The position numbers were made by a program, and so were the translations under genes. A stretch of 64,000 nucleotides of DNA from Eubacteriales bacterium (GTDB lineage Bacteria > Bacillota > Clostridia > Oscillospirales > CAG-272): positions 10,121 to 74,120 of the forward strand of contig JAZRUS010000072.1 in assembly GCA_045652665.1 (NCBI GenBank). The letters run 5' to 3'. The first letter of the stretch is position 1, and the number at the start of each line of letters is the position of its first letter. The notes below the pieces were generated by a model. That model ran no database searches, had not been told where the DNA came from, and saw nothing but the letters and a program-made list of their open reading frames with translations. This document shows positions 1 to 9,297 of the stretch, in pieces.

Positions 1-1878
1 GCATCTCACAAGAGCAAGCTTCTAAAGGAGCCTGAGGGGATATTGCAGATAACGCCCGAATCGCTTGAGTCTATGCTAATGAACCGATCAAACGATATTC
101 CGCGGCTTTTTTCGGGTCTTCGTTATGTTGTTATAGATGAGATACACGCCTTGATCGGTGCGGATAGAGGAAATCAGGTCATCTGTCACCTTTCACGGCT
201 TGCTCGCCTTATCGGGCACTCTCCTCGCCGTGTTGGCTTAAGCGCAACACTCGGTGATCTTAGCGTGGCATCTGAGTGGCTTGGGGCGGGTAGCGGTCGA
301 GAGACTTTGGCTCCCATACCGCCACGGAATCAGCTGAAATGGCGGATCGGAGTTGAGCATTTTTATATTCAGGATTCGGATGAGGAGCAGACCGCGGAAG
401 CGAAGAAAAAATCAGATCGCGGAGGCCGTGCGAGCCTTGATCCCGGGTATGAATTTCTTTATGACGCCGTATACGGTAAAAAAGCACTCGTTTTTTCAAA
501 CTCCAGGGAAGAAACCGAGTACGTTACTGCGACATTGCGGCAGATCGCGCGCGCTCGCAAAGAGCCGGATATTTTCCTTATCCATCACGGAAATCTTTCT
601 GCATCTCTCCGTGAGGATGCCGAGCTTAAGATGAAGGACGAGGCGGTTACACAGGCAGTGACCTGTGCAACTGTAACTATGGAGCTTGGAATTGATATAG
701 GGCGGCTTGAAAGGGTCGCACAGATAGGTGCTCCAACCACCGTTTCGGGATTTTTGCAAAGACTTGGTCGCTCCGGCAGACGCGGCTCGCCACCTGAAAT
801 GATAATGGTGTACAGAGAAGATAATCCCTTGCCAAACGCTCAGCTTCCGGAGATCATTCCGTGGGATTTGCTTCGCGGTATCGGAATTATAGAGCTTTAT
901 TCATCCGAGCGTTTTATTGAGCCTCCGAGGATAAGAAAAATGCCGCTGAGCCTTGCATTTCATCAGACACTCAGCATCTCTGCCTCGGTTGGCGAGCTTA
1001 CCGCAAAGGCACTTGCTGAGCGAGTGTTGTCCTTACCCCCGCTTTCTGTCTTGTCAAAAGAGACGTATCGCGAGCTTCTTGTTTCGATGATCAATAACGA
1101 TTATCTTGAGATGACTGAGGAAAAGGGCATAATCGTCGGTCTTGCAGGCGAGAGGTTGATAAATTCATATAAGTTCTACGCAGTATTTAAGGACAGTGAG
1201 GATTTCACTGTAAGATGCGACAGCGAGGAGATTGGAACTATAACTACGCCGCCCCCTGTTGGAGACAGGTTTGCTCTTGCAGGCAGAGTCTGGGAGGTCA
1301 AGGAGCTTGACGTACAGAGGAAACTTGTTTTCGTAAAGTCTGTTGACGGAAAAATGGAGGTTTCATGGCCGGGAGACAGCGGAGAGATACACACAAAGCT
1401 CATTCTTGCTATGCGAGATGTGCTGTTTAACGGAAAGAAATACGCTTTCCTTGGAAATAACGCTGACGAACGTCTTGAAAATGCGCGCAGAGTCGCGAAA
1501 AATGCGGGAATGAATAAGCAAACCGTAGTTTTTCTTGGCGGACAGAGCTACGTTATGTTTCCGTGGCTTGGTACGCGATCATTCAGAACTCTCAGAAGGT
1601 TCTTGCATAAATATGCAAAGGAATTGGGAATTTCCGATATCCAGAGCGAGGGTTGCTGCTATATAACCTTCAAGGCAAAGGATGAGGCGGGACATAGGTT
1701 GCTTGAAGGAATAAGCACTATACTTGACCGTGACGGACTTTTTACCGAAGAACTTGTTTTGGATTCTGAGTGCCCTATATACGATAAATTTGACGAATAT
1801 ATACCGCCGGAGCTTTTGCGTGCCGCATATGCGGCTGATAAGCTTGATCCGGATGAAATTTTACAGAGGTTCAGATAA
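1..1878 (+). CDS. Lhr-like DExH-box ATP-dependent helicase, C-terminal ~625 codons (5' end lies outside the window)
   Basis: The frame is open from nt 1 (ASHKSKLLKEPEG...), so the TTG at 43 in the ORF track is not the true start. Helicase motifs present: VVIDEIHAL (motif II), LSATLG (III), QRLGRSGRR (VI). A long DEAD/H-associated type C-terminal region follows. Confidence 0.8.
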   Translation, partial: ASHKSKLLKEPEGILQITPESLESMLMNRSNDIPRLFSGLRYVVIDEIHALIGADRGNQVICHLSRLARLIGHSPRRVGLSATLGDLSVASEWLGAGSGRETLAPIPPRNQLKWRIGVEHFYIQDSDEEQTAEAKKKSDRGGRASLDPGYEFLYDAVYGKKALVFSNSREETEYVTATLRQIARARKEPDIFLIHHGNLSASLREDAELKMKDEAVTQAVTCATVTMELGIDIGRLERVAQIGAPTTVSGFLQRLGRSGRRGSPPEMIMVYREDNPLPNAQLPEIIPWDLLRGIGIIELYSSERFIEPPRIRKMPLSLAFHQTLSISASVGELTAKALAERVLSLPPLSVLSKETYRELLVSMINNDYLEMTEEKGIIVGLAGERLINSYKFYAVFKDSEDFTVRCDSEEIGTITTPPPVGDRFALAGRVWEVKELDVQRKLVFVKSVDGKMEVSWPGDSGEIHTKLILAMRDVLFNGKKYAFLGNNADERLENARRVAKNAGMNKQTVVFLGGQSYVMFPWLGTRSFRTLRRFLHKYAKELGISDIQSEGCCYITFKAKDEAGHRLLEGISTILDRDGLFTEELVLDSECPIYDKFDEYIPPELLRAAYAADKLDPDEILQRFR

Positions 1879-2639
1879 TGATATACGATTTGCTTGCGCC
1901 CTTTTACGATGAGGTCAATAGGGACGTTGACTATAAAAGCTGGGCGGATTTTATAGAGAATGTGATATCAAAATTTAATACCGGATCTGCACCTGAGCTT
2001 GTTTTGGATCTTGGATGTGGAACAGGCAGAATGACCGTTGAGTTGGCTCGGCGCGGTTACGATATGACCGGCGTTGATATCTCGGTAGAAATGCTTGACA
2101 TAGCGCGTCAAGAGGCGGAAGCGGCGGGGTACTCGAGCCGAATTTTGTGGCTGTGCCAGGATATGAGGGAATTTGAGCTTTACGGAACCGTAGACGTTAC
2201 GGTTTCCTGTCTTGACTGCATCAATCATCTGACCGACAGATCGTCTCTCTCGAAATGCCTCTCTCTCGTGCATAACTACCTGATACCAAACGGGCTTTTC
2301 ATATTTGACATAAACGGAAAAGGGAAGTTCGAGAGGGTGTATTCCGACAATAGCTTCGTTATGGAAGAGTCGGGTAACGTATGTATATGGCAGAACGATT
2401 ATAATTCCGGGAGCGGTTTGTGTGATTTTTACATTACTGTTTTCTCAGAGGAGAGCGACGGAAGATATAACCGTTATGACGATGTCCAAAGAGAAAAAAT
2501 GTACACGCTCAGGACAATAAAAAACGCGCTTGAAAGAGAAGGCTTTGATTTTCTCGGTGCTTTCCGCGATTTTGAATTTAACGATGCAACCGACAGCGAC
2601 GAGAGAATATACGTAGTCGCAAGATGTATAAAGAATTGA
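1878..2639 (+). CDS. class I SAM-dependent methyltransferase
   Basis: 253 aa with SAM-binding GxGxG motif LDLGCGTGRMT and downstream acidic loop YDMTGVDIS. The ATG overlaps the helicase stop (TAATG), suggesting translational coupling. Confidence 0.8.
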   Translation: MIYDLLAPFYDEVNRDVDYKSWADFIENVISKFNTGSAPELVLDLGCGTGRMTVELARRGYDMTGVDISVEMLDIARQEAEAAGYSSRILWLCQDMREFELYGTVDVTVSCLDCINHLTDRSSLSKCLSLVHNYLIPNGLFIFDINGKGKFERVYSDNSFVMEESGNVCIWQNDYNSGSGLCDFYITVFSEESDGRYNRYDDVQREKMYTLRTIKNALEREGFDFLGAFRDFEFNDATDSDERIYVVARCIKN

Positions 2640-2649
2640 GGATATTGAA

Positions 2650-3540
2650 ATGGAAAAACAGTGTAAATCAACTATTCTGAGGGCAATGACTCGAGATGGA
2701 TCGGCGCGCCTTTTGGTTATCAATTCCACCGCGATGGTAAATAGCATGAGAGAGGCTCACCGCACATCCCCTACGGCAACAGCGGCGCTTGGCAGAACTA
2801 TTACCGCGGCATCTATGGTAGGCACGATGCTTCCCGAGGAGGGCGATACTGTTACAATGTCCTTTTCGGGAAGCGGAGCAGCCGGAAAAATAATTGCCGT
2901 AGCTGATTATTTTGGAAACGTTAAGGGATATATTCAGAACCCTCTTGTCAATCCTCCGAAGAAGCAGAACGGAAAGCTAGACGTAGGTGCTGCGGTTGGC
3001 GCGGGTACGTTTTCCGTCGTGAAGGACGTCGGTGGAAAAGAGCCTCAGATCGGAACAACCGAGATCGTGTCCGGTGAGATCGCTGAGGATATCGCTTCAT
3101 ATTTTGCGATCAGTGAGCAGATACCTACGCTTCTCTCGCTCGGAGTGAGAGTTGATAAGGATTATTCTTGCCTTGCTGCAGGCGGAGTTTTGGTTCAGGT
3201 TATGCCTTTTCCGGATGACGAGACCGTGAACCTCATAGAGCGTAACGCCGCAGATCTTTCCAATATTTCTCACCTTATAGAGATAGGAAAGGATAATAAG
3301 GATATCGCCGATATTGCTATGCGAGATATCCCTTACGATATTTTTGATACGATAGAGGTTGAGTATAAATGCGATTGCTCACGGGAGAGAATGAGAAAGA
3401 AAATTAAATCTCTCGGAGCAGCGGAGATCAAGAATATGCTAAGTGAGCAGGAGGCTGAAGGTAAAACGAGAGAGCTAACGGCGGTATGCCGCTTCTGCAA
3501 CAGTGAATACACCTTCACGGAAAGTGACCTTTTAAATTAA
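2650..3540 (+). CDS. hslO: Hsp33 redox-regulated chaperone
   Basis: 296 aa, recognisable along its full length as Hsp33 (SPTATAALGR, GKLDVGAAVG, VSGEIAEDIASYF). C-terminal zinc redox switch present as CDC...CRFC. Confidence 0.93.
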   Translation: MEKQCKSTILRAMTRDGSARLLVINSTAMVNSMREAHRTSPTATAALGRTITAASMVGTMLPEEGDTVTMSFSGSGAAGKIIAVADYFGNVKGYIQNPLVNPPKKQNGKLDVGAAVGAGTFSVVKDVGGKEPQIGTTEIVSGEIAEDIASYFAISEQIPTLLSLGVRVDKDYSCLAAGGVLVQVMPFPDDETVNLIERNAADLSNISHLIEIGKDNKDIADIAMRDIPYDIFDTIEVEYKCDCSRERMRKKIKSLGAAEIKNMLSEQEAEGKTRELTAVCRFCNSEYTFTESDLLN

Positions 3541-3550
3541 TAATCAAAAA

Positions 3551-3586
3551 ATCTCTCCGGTGCATATAATGCAGGAGAGATTTTTT
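3551..3586 (+). terminator. intrinsic terminator after hslO
   Basis: Stem ATCTCTCC (3551-3558) pairs with GGAGAGAT (3574-3581), followed by TTTTTT. Confidence 0.7.
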
Positions 3587-3599
3587 GGAGGTCGCTTCA

Positions 3600-4133
3600 A
3601 TGAATTATATGGAGTGCTTTTTATCCGAAAGAACGCTTGAGCTACATGATCAATACCTTAATACTTTAAGGCTTCGGTATTCGATATGGGAGGAAAGTAT
3701 ACCCGAAATAAAAGGAAGAAGCCTTTTGGAAATATCTCGTATGCGGATTCCGGAAAAAAGAGATTTGATATACCTTGCGTGTGAGATGAGATTTCACGAG
3801 TTGTATTTTTCTTCCTTTGGCGTTCCGTATCAGAGATCCTCGGCGATAAGAAAGTGTTATTCGAGTGAAGCGTCGTTTATTTACGATATGTACACGGATT
3901 CAATTAAGTCAGACGAAAAAATACTGATAGGATATGCGGAAAGACGTAAAGTAGCTTACGTTTTGTGCGATTATGACGGACTGTTAGGTGTAGAGCATCC
4001 GCTTTTTGCCGTTGATCTTTGCGAGCATGCATATTTTCTCGATTACGGATTCGATAAGGGCGAGTATCTTCAAAATTCGCTACGTCATCTCGAATTTTTC
4101 CGTATAGATAAATTTTTATCGTCTAAGGATTGA
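3600..4133 (+). CDS. short Fe/Mn superoxide dismutase family protein (SOD-like)
   Basis: ATG at 3600 follows GGAGG (3587-3591). The TTG at 3585 in the track lies inside the terminator T-run. C-terminal DLCEHAYFLDY resembles the SOD signature D-x-W-E-H-A-Y-Y. FHELYF resembles NHxxFW, and LELH resembles the first His-ligand helix. Confidence 0.55.
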   Translation: MNYMECFLSERTLELHDQYLNTLRLRYSIWEESIPEIKGRSLLEISRMRIPEKRDLIYLACEMRFHELYFSSFGVPYQRSSAIRKCYSSEASFIYDMYTDSIKSDEKILIGYAERRKVAYVLCDYDGLLGVEHPLFAVDLCEHAYFLDYGFDKGEYLQNSLRHLEFFRIDKFLSSKD

Positions 4134-4191
4134 AAAAAGAAAAGTACTGTGATATAATGAAAAAAGAAAATGAAATTCAGGAGACAGTTAA

Positions 4192-5424
4192 ATGGATATT
4201 TTACGCGGAAATGCTGTAGTAGGCCAGTCCGGCGGTCCCACAGCTGCAATAAACGCAACGCTTGCCGGTGTTATAAAAGGCGCACTAAAAGCAAAGGCTG
4301 ACGGTTTTATTGACGTCCTTTACGGAATGCGTAACGGCGTTGAAGGATTTCTTAACGAGGATATGATAGACCTAACGTCGATATTCTCGGATGAGAGCAA
4401 ATTAAAGACGCTTACGACAACTCCTGCGGCGGCGCTTGGATCGTGCAGAAGAAAGCTCAAGGATTACGAGACCGATGCTCCCACTTATGCAAGGCTTCTT
4501 GAGATGTTCAAGAAATATAACATAAGATATTTCTTCTATATCGGTGGAAACGACTCTATGGATACAGTAATGAAGCTTTCGCGTTATGCTTCGGCCCACG
4601 ATTATGAAATGAAGGTTGTAGGCGTTCCCAAGACGATAGATAACGATCTTGTTGCAACCGATCACACTCCCGGATTCGGCTCGGCGGCTAAATTCGTTGC
4701 TACTACTATGAAAGAGGTTCTTCGCGATGTATCCGTATACAAGATGAAGGCGGTAACTATCGTTGAAATAATGGGACGTGATGCGGGATGGCTTACGGCA
4801 TCTGCAGCTCTTACCGAGCTTTCCGGCGGAATTGCTCCCGATCTCGTTTATCTCCCCGAGGTTGCATTTGATCCGGATGAGTTCATTGCATCGATAAATA
4901 ATATATTCGAGGATCATCCTGCGGTTCTGGTTGCCGCATCCGAGGGCATCCGACTTGCTGACGGCAGGTATATCGGAGAGGGAAAGGGCGCTACCGATGC
5001 ATTCGGGCATAAGAGCCTTTCCGGTGCAGGCAAAGTTCTTGAGGAGCTTGTAAAGGAAAAGATCGGATGTAAGGTTCGATCTATGGAGTTGAGTCTTACT
5101 CAAAGATGTGCAGGTCATATTCTGTCTCTTACCGATATAAACGAGTCTCTTGCCGTTGGTGCCGGTGCTGTCGCGGCAGCTGTATCCGGAAAGACCGGCG
5201 TTATGATGACGATTGAAAGAGTTGAAGGCGAAGAATATTCATCGAAGATCGGATGCGCTGATATCTCAACTATTGCAAATGAGGTTCGCGGCGTTCCGAG
5301 AGATTACATAAACGATGCAGGTAACGGTATTACCGACAAGGGCCTCGCATATCTTCGTCCGCTTATTATGGGCGAGGTGGATGTTGAATATGAAAACGGT
5401 CTACCGAAGCATATCGTGCTTTGA
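4192..5424 (+). CDS. pfp: 6-phosphofructokinase, pyrophosphate-dependent type
   Basis: 410 aa with PFK motifs GGPTAAINA, IGGNDSMDT, VPKTIDNDL, MGRDAGWL. Asp at the position of E. coli Gly104 (GGNDS versus GGDGS) and Lys at Gly124 (PKTIDND versus PGTIDND) are the published hallmarks of PPi-dependent PFK. Confidence 0.85.
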   Translation: MDILRGNAVVGQSGGPTAAINATLAGVIKGALKAKADGFIDVLYGMRNGVEGFLNEDMIDLTSIFSDESKLKTLTTTPAAALGSCRRKLKDYETDAPTYARLLEMFKKYNIRYFFYIGGNDSMDTVMKLSRYASAHDYEMKVVGVPKTIDNDLVATDHTPGFGSAAKFVATTMKEVLRDVSVYKMKAVTIVEIMGRDAGWLTASAALTELSGGIAPDLVYLPEVAFDPDEFIASINNIFEDHPAVLVAASEGIRLADGRYIGEGKGATDAFGHKSLSGAGKVLEELVKEKIGCKVRSMELSLTQRCAGHILSLTDINESLAVGAGAVAAAVSGKTGVMMTIERVEGEEYSSKIGCADISTIANEVRGVPRDYINDAGNGITDKGLAYLRPLIMGEVDVEYENGLPKHIVL

Positions 5425-5452
5425 TCGGTACTTAGAATAAAACAGAATAAAG

Positions 5453-5484
5453 GGCGGGTTGGATTTGTGCCGACCCGCCTTTTA
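5453..5484 (+). terminator. intrinsic terminator after pfp
   Basis: GGCGGGTTGG (5453-5462) pairs with CCGACCCGCC (5470-5479) with one mismatch, followed by TTTT. Confidence 0.7.
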
Positions 5485-5559
5485 AAATCTCAGTCGCTCG
5501 GTATGGCCGAAAAATTCGGCTGTATCCAAATTCTTCTGCAATATATTTTCCGTATGTAC

Positions 5560-5588
5560 TTGATTTTTCGTTTTCTATGTGTTATAAT
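5560..5588 (+). promoter_or_regulatory. sigma-A type promoter for the metK leader
   Basis: TTGATT (5560-5565), 17-nt spacer, TATAAT (5583-5588), about 20 nt upstream of the riboswitch. Confidence 0.55.
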
Positions 5589-5607
5589 ATCGTTGCAAAA
5601 TAAATAA

Positions 5608-5739
5608 TTGCTTATCAAGAGTGGCGGAGGGACTGGCCCTGTGAAGCCCGGCAACCTGTAGAAAATATAAGGTGCCAATTCCTGACAGATGAGTACTATC
5701 TGAGTATCGGGAATCGCTTGACGTGATTTCCGTTTTTTT
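5608..5739 (+). promoter_or_regulatory. SAM-I (S-box) riboswitch with terminator expression platform
   Basis: The core matches the S-box consensus almost base for base: CTTATCAAGAGTGGCGGAGGGACTGGCCCTGTGAAGCCCGGCAACC...GGTGCCAATTCCTGACAG. Terminator CGGGAATC (5708-5715) pairs with GATTTCCG (5725-5732), then TTTTTTT. It lies directly upstream of metK. Confidence 0.9.
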
Positions 5740-5765
5740 GATGAGCTGACGAAAGGAATTTGAAA

Positions 5766-6947
5766 ATGAAGAAGGTTTTATTTACGTCGGAATCGGTAAC
5801 AGAAGGTCATCCCGATAAAATCTGTGATAAGATATCCGATTCAATACTTGATGAAATACTCCGTCAGGATCCGGAGAGCCGTGTTGCGTGTGAGACGTTT
5901 GCTACAACGGGTATTATTACCGTAATGGGCGAAATAACGACGAATGCAAAGATTGACGTGCAAAAGATCGTTAGAGAGACAGTGTCCGAAATAGGATATG
6001 ATAGGGCAAAATACGGCTTCGATGCAACTACCTGCGCTGTGCTCAGCTCAATACACGAGCAGAGCGAGGATATCGCCCTCGGCGTTGATAAGTGCCTTGA
6101 GGCAAAGGACGGAAAAATGACGGACGAGCTTGATACCGGTGCCGGTGACCAGGGACTTATGTTCGGATATGCTTGCGATGAAACACCGGAGCTTATGCCT
6201 TTGCCTATTTCTCTTGCTCATAAGCTAGCAAAAAAACTCACTGAGGTGAGAAAATCCGGAAAGCTCTCATATCTTCGCCCCGACGGTAAAACTCAGGTGA
6301 CGGTGGAGTATATTGACGGGGAGCCTAAGAGGGTAGATACGATCGTCGTTTCTTCTCAGCACAGCCCCGAAATCGATCCTGCGACGATACGCAAGGATAT
6401 AATAGAGAACGTTATTTTCCCTATAATCCCGAAGGAACTCATCGATGGAAAAATCAATATATACGTTAACCCCACAGGTAGATTTGTTATCGGCGGTCCG
6501 CAGGGTGACACGGGACTTACGGGCAGAAAGATAATCGTTGATACATACGGCGGATATTCAAGACACGGCGGAGGAGCCTTCTCGGGAAAGGATCCTACCA
6601 AGGTTGACAGGAGCGCATCCTACGCGGCAAGATACGTTGCGAAAAATATTGTTAAAGCAGGTCTTGCAAGAAGATGTGAGGTGCAGATCGCGTATGCGAT
6701 AGGCATTGCAAAGCCGGTCTCAGTAATGATCGACACCTTCGGCACATCGATTGTTCCCGAAGAAAAAATATCCGAGGCAGTAAACAAGCTCGTCGATCTT
6801 CGTCCTGCTGCTATAATTAAGCGCTTTGATCTTCGCAAGCCTATTTATAAGGAACTTGCCGCGTACGGACATATGGGCCGTGAGGATCTTGGAGTTAAGT
6901 GGGAAATTTGTGATATAGCCGAGGAACTTAACAAGCTTTGCCATTGA
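5766..6947 (+). CDS. metK: S-adenosylmethionine synthase
   Basis: ATG at 5766 follows AAAGGA. Motifs [41 protein letters not shown]. Confidence 0.97.
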   Translation: MKKVLFTSESVTEGHPDKICDKISDSILDEILRQDPESRVACETFATTGIITVMGEITTNAKIDVQKIVRETVSEIGYDRAKYGFDATTCAVLSSIHEQSEDIALGVDKCLEAKDGKMTDELDTGAGDQGLMFGYACDETPELMPLPISLAHKLAKKLTEVRKSGKLSYLRPDGKTQVTVEYIDGEPKRVDTIVVSSQHSPEIDPATIRKDIIENVIFPIIPKELIDGKINIYVNPTGRFVIGGPQGDTGLTGRKIIVDTYGGYSRHGGGAFSGKDPTKVDRSASYAARYVAKNIVKAGLARRCEVQIAYAIGIAKPVSVMIDTFGTSIVPEEKISEAVNKLVDLRPAAIIKRFDLRKPIYKELAAYGHMGREDLGVKWEICDIAEELNKLCH

Positions 6948-7002
6948 ATAAATACACAAAAATAATTTTTTGGGTTTTTAGCAATATAATCGACTATAAA
7001 TA

Positions 7003-7056
7003 AAACGGCTGCTCTTTACCGAATTAATGGTATTGAGTAGCCGTTTATTTTTTTTC
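7003..7056. terminator. hairpin terminator between convergent metK and the PfkB kinase gene
   Basis: AAACGGCTGCTC (7003-7014) pairs with GAGTAGCCGTTT (7035-7046) with one mismatch. A T-run follows on the plus strand and an A-rich tract precedes it. Confidence 0.65.
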
Positions 7057-7123
7057 ACTCCGAAGAGTTTAAATTAATTTTTATCTCTTTTATGGGTACT
7101 TACTTGTCGGTCTTTGAAATAGA

Positions 7124-8098
7124 TCAGATAAGCTTTTTTCTTTCAAAACTTCCGCACTTAAGAAGAGTCTGTTCTGCTGTCAGAATTCCGCTCGTTGCGT
7201 CCGGAGATGAAAGAGCCATAACAGCTGCCGCTGATGCAAATTCAAGAATTTCTATATCCTGCGCGTCCTCGTGTATCTTATATAGCGCACCGGCACAGAA
7301 AGCGTCTCCGGCACCGGTTGTGCCCTGAATATATCCTTTCGGAAGATCATATGAGGGTAATTCGGTATATCCGCTACGCGACAGACATACGGATAGGTCA
7401 GGCATATGGATAATAACTCTTTCTCTGACTCCCATTTCCATAAGCTTTTTTGTGATTTGAGGAAGGTTTTGTCTGCTGGGGGAGATTCCCGTAAGCATAC
7501 CTGCCTCGGATTCGTTTATTATAAGATTATCGGTATAGGGGAGTGCGGAACAAACAAGGGAATATCTGTCCGAATTTTCGGTTACGAGATCTATCGAGGT
7601 CTTTATTCCAAGATCTATAGCTTTCTTAAGGATCTTGCATCCGTCTCCCTTGTCGATTCTGTCAAGCAACAAAAAATATCCGAGGTGAAGCATTTTTGCG
7701 CTCATGGTCGCAAGGTCAACGTCATCCTCTCCGAATTCCGCACTTGCACCGGCATATGTGAAGAAGGTTCTCTGACCTCCGGTTATGCTCATTACATCCG
7801 TGAAGCTCGTCTTCGTATCACAAACTGTTATGCCCGAGACGTCGACTGAATTTTTCTTCAGATCGTTAAGAACAAATTTTCCATCGCCGTCATTTCCGAT
7901 TTTTCCGATAGCGTAAATCGGAAGCGTGGGAGCGATCTTCTTAAGGTCTATCGAGACATTGGGAACGCATCCGCCGACAGAGAACTCTACAGATCTGATT
8001 TGGGTAAGTTCTCCTACGGACGGGTATGCAGAGATGTTGTATATCTTATCAAGAAGGACAGATCCGGCAACTGCAATACCGTGTCTCATCAGTTGCAC
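7124..8098 (-). CDS. PfkB/ribokinase-family carbohydrate kinase
   Basis: 324 aa with N-terminal GSVLLD-type motif and C-terminal anion-hole motif [11 protein letters not shown]. Confidence 0.85.
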   Translation of the reverse strand: MQLMRHGIAVAGSVLLDKIYNISAYPSVGELTQIRSVEFSVGGCVPNVSIDLKKIAPTLPIYAIGKIGNDGDGKFVLNDLKKNSVDVSGITVCDTKTSFTDVMSITGGQRTFFTYAGASAEFGEDDVDLATMSAKMLHLGYFLLLDRIDKGDGCKILKKAIDLGIKTSIDLVTENSDRYSLVCSALPYTDNLIINESEAGMLTGISPSRQNLPQITKKLMEMGVRERVIIHMPDLSVCLSRSGYTELPSYDLPKGYIQGTTGAGDAFCAGALYKIHEDAQDIEILEFASAAAVMALSSPDATSGILTAEQTLLKCGSFERKKLI

Positions 8099-9045
8099 TC
8101 CGCAGTAAGCGGTCCTGCAAGCTCCTCAAGGAAGAACAGCTTGCCGCAAATGGTAGGTATGTATGAGGATGTTATCCACGGGGTTTTGCCGTGACGGAGT
8201 GTCATCCACAGTGAGAGTCCCTGCCACTGCATTCCTCTGCCAAGTGTTCCGTCTGCTCCGCCTATAGCGTAGTCTGCCTGAAGGAATATGCCGGGGCCGA
8301 TGGTATTGGCTCTGCAGGGAACGAGAGGAGTTCTCGACTTAAAGCTGGTGAGTGCATTTTGCTCAACAGTGAGGGGGTGTATCTTCGCACCTATTCTGTA
8401 GGGTGCCTTCTCCCATTCAGCAGCGGTGTCATAGTCTGCAGCAAACGTGGGCTCCCAGAATGCAATGTGACACATTCTTCCGATACCGTAAACAAGAACG
8501 AGCTTTGCTCCTTCCTTTTTAAGAGCTGCAATTTTTTCGGGATAGGTGGGGAGATTTTCCTTCGTTGCAAAATTCCTCTGATTCTTCGGAACGGTTAAAT
8601 CTCCGAGAGGATTGAAGAGCGCAGACTCCATCGCATACTGGAAGGAGCCCGTATTATCGGAGGGAAGAGTATTTCCGTCTCCGTCAGCCCATTCGTCCAT
8701 GTTGAAGGTATAAACGTGTTCGCAGGATACCTTCCATTCACTCAGGAAGTATACTACCCATTTGTACATACCCATAGGACCAACGGGAAGAATGAAGGCG
8801 ATCTTTTCGCCCTTGTCTTTTGCAATCTTTATCTGCATTGCAATTTCGTGTCCCATATACGTCTCAAATTCATTGAGGTTTGAGCACTTTATGGGGTTAA
8901 AGCCTTCGTTCCAAAAGCTTTGTCTCTCGGTTATTTTTTCGGGGGCGTCTACGCAGCTGTCGATCTTGTCAAAATCCCAACCTGCAGGATAGAAGCCTTC
9001 AAGTGCCGAGCCTTTTACAGTAGAGTTAAAATTCATTTTGTTCAC
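8089..9045 (-). CDS. glucosamine-6-phosphate deaminase/isomerase (NagB) superfamily protein, atypical long form
   Basis: 318 aa. FNMDEW aligns with NagB FNMDEY, and CHIAFWEP aligns with GHIAFNEP. There is an N-terminal extension of about 60 aa. The 3' end overlaps the kinase start by 10 nt. Confidence 0.7.
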   Translation of the reverse strand: MNKMNFNSTVKGSALEGFYPAGWDFDKIDSCVDAPEKITERQSFWNEGFNPIKCSNLNEFETYMGHEIAMQIKIAKDKGEKIAFILPVGPMGMYKWVVYFLSEWKVSCEHVYTFNMDEWADGDGNTLPSDNTGSFQYAMESALFNPLGDLTVPKNQRNFATKENLPTYPEKIAALKKEGAKLVLVYGIGRMCHIAFWEPTFAADYDTAAEWEKAPYRIGAKIHPLTVEQNALTSFKSRTPLVPCRANTIGPGIFLQADYAIGGADGTLGRGMQWQGLSLWMTLRHGKTPWITSSYIPTICGKLFFLEELAGPLTAECN

Positions 9046-9235
9046 CTTACGGAAGCAATCGCTTCGTCGTTCCTTTCAAAATTTTTTATGTTTTAAATTT
9101 TAATTACACCATTATGTCGTCATTTGAGCAATGTTCGATGCATCAATTCCATATCGCAGGATGGCAGATAACTGCTAAAACCATATGTAAATTGCCATTT
9201 TTAATCTCTTTTATTTAATTATATACTTTTTACTA

Positions 9236-9264
9236 TTGCAAAGGAGTATAAAATCGGTTATAAT
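9236..9264 (+). promoter_or_regulatory. sigma-A type promoter for the AraC-family gene
   Basis: TTGCAA (9236-9241), 17-nt spacer, TATAAT (9259-9264). Confidence 0.5.
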
Positions 9265-9297
9265 ATTTATAAAATCGGATATTTGAGGTTTGCAAAA

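Noticed and set aside
4402-5118. Long antisense ORFs lie opposite real genes. Examples: 4402-5118 (238 aa, opposite pfp), 26608-27156 and 27171-27701 (opposite ispD and ispF), 27778-28233 (opposite rpe), 43799-44329 (opposite ychF), 54737-55357 (opposite dnaB), 40103-40585 (opposite the PBP1A gene), and 61275-61790 and 61881-62318 (opposite the large orphan gene).
   Set aside because: They are shadow frames of strongly supported genes. Their products are Ser/Arg/Cys-rich or otherwise junk-like, they lack RBSs, and they have no family motifs.
8165-8215. DnaA-box-like 9-mers (TTATCCACg and tcATCCACA) were noted, and I searched for dif, oriC or LexA boxes near dnaB, ruvABC and recG.
   Set aside because: The DnaA-like matches are imperfect and lie inside coding sequence. 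There is no cluster of boxes, no AT-rich unwinding element, no recognisable dif 28-mer, and no GAAC-N4-GTTC LexA box upstream of the repair genes.
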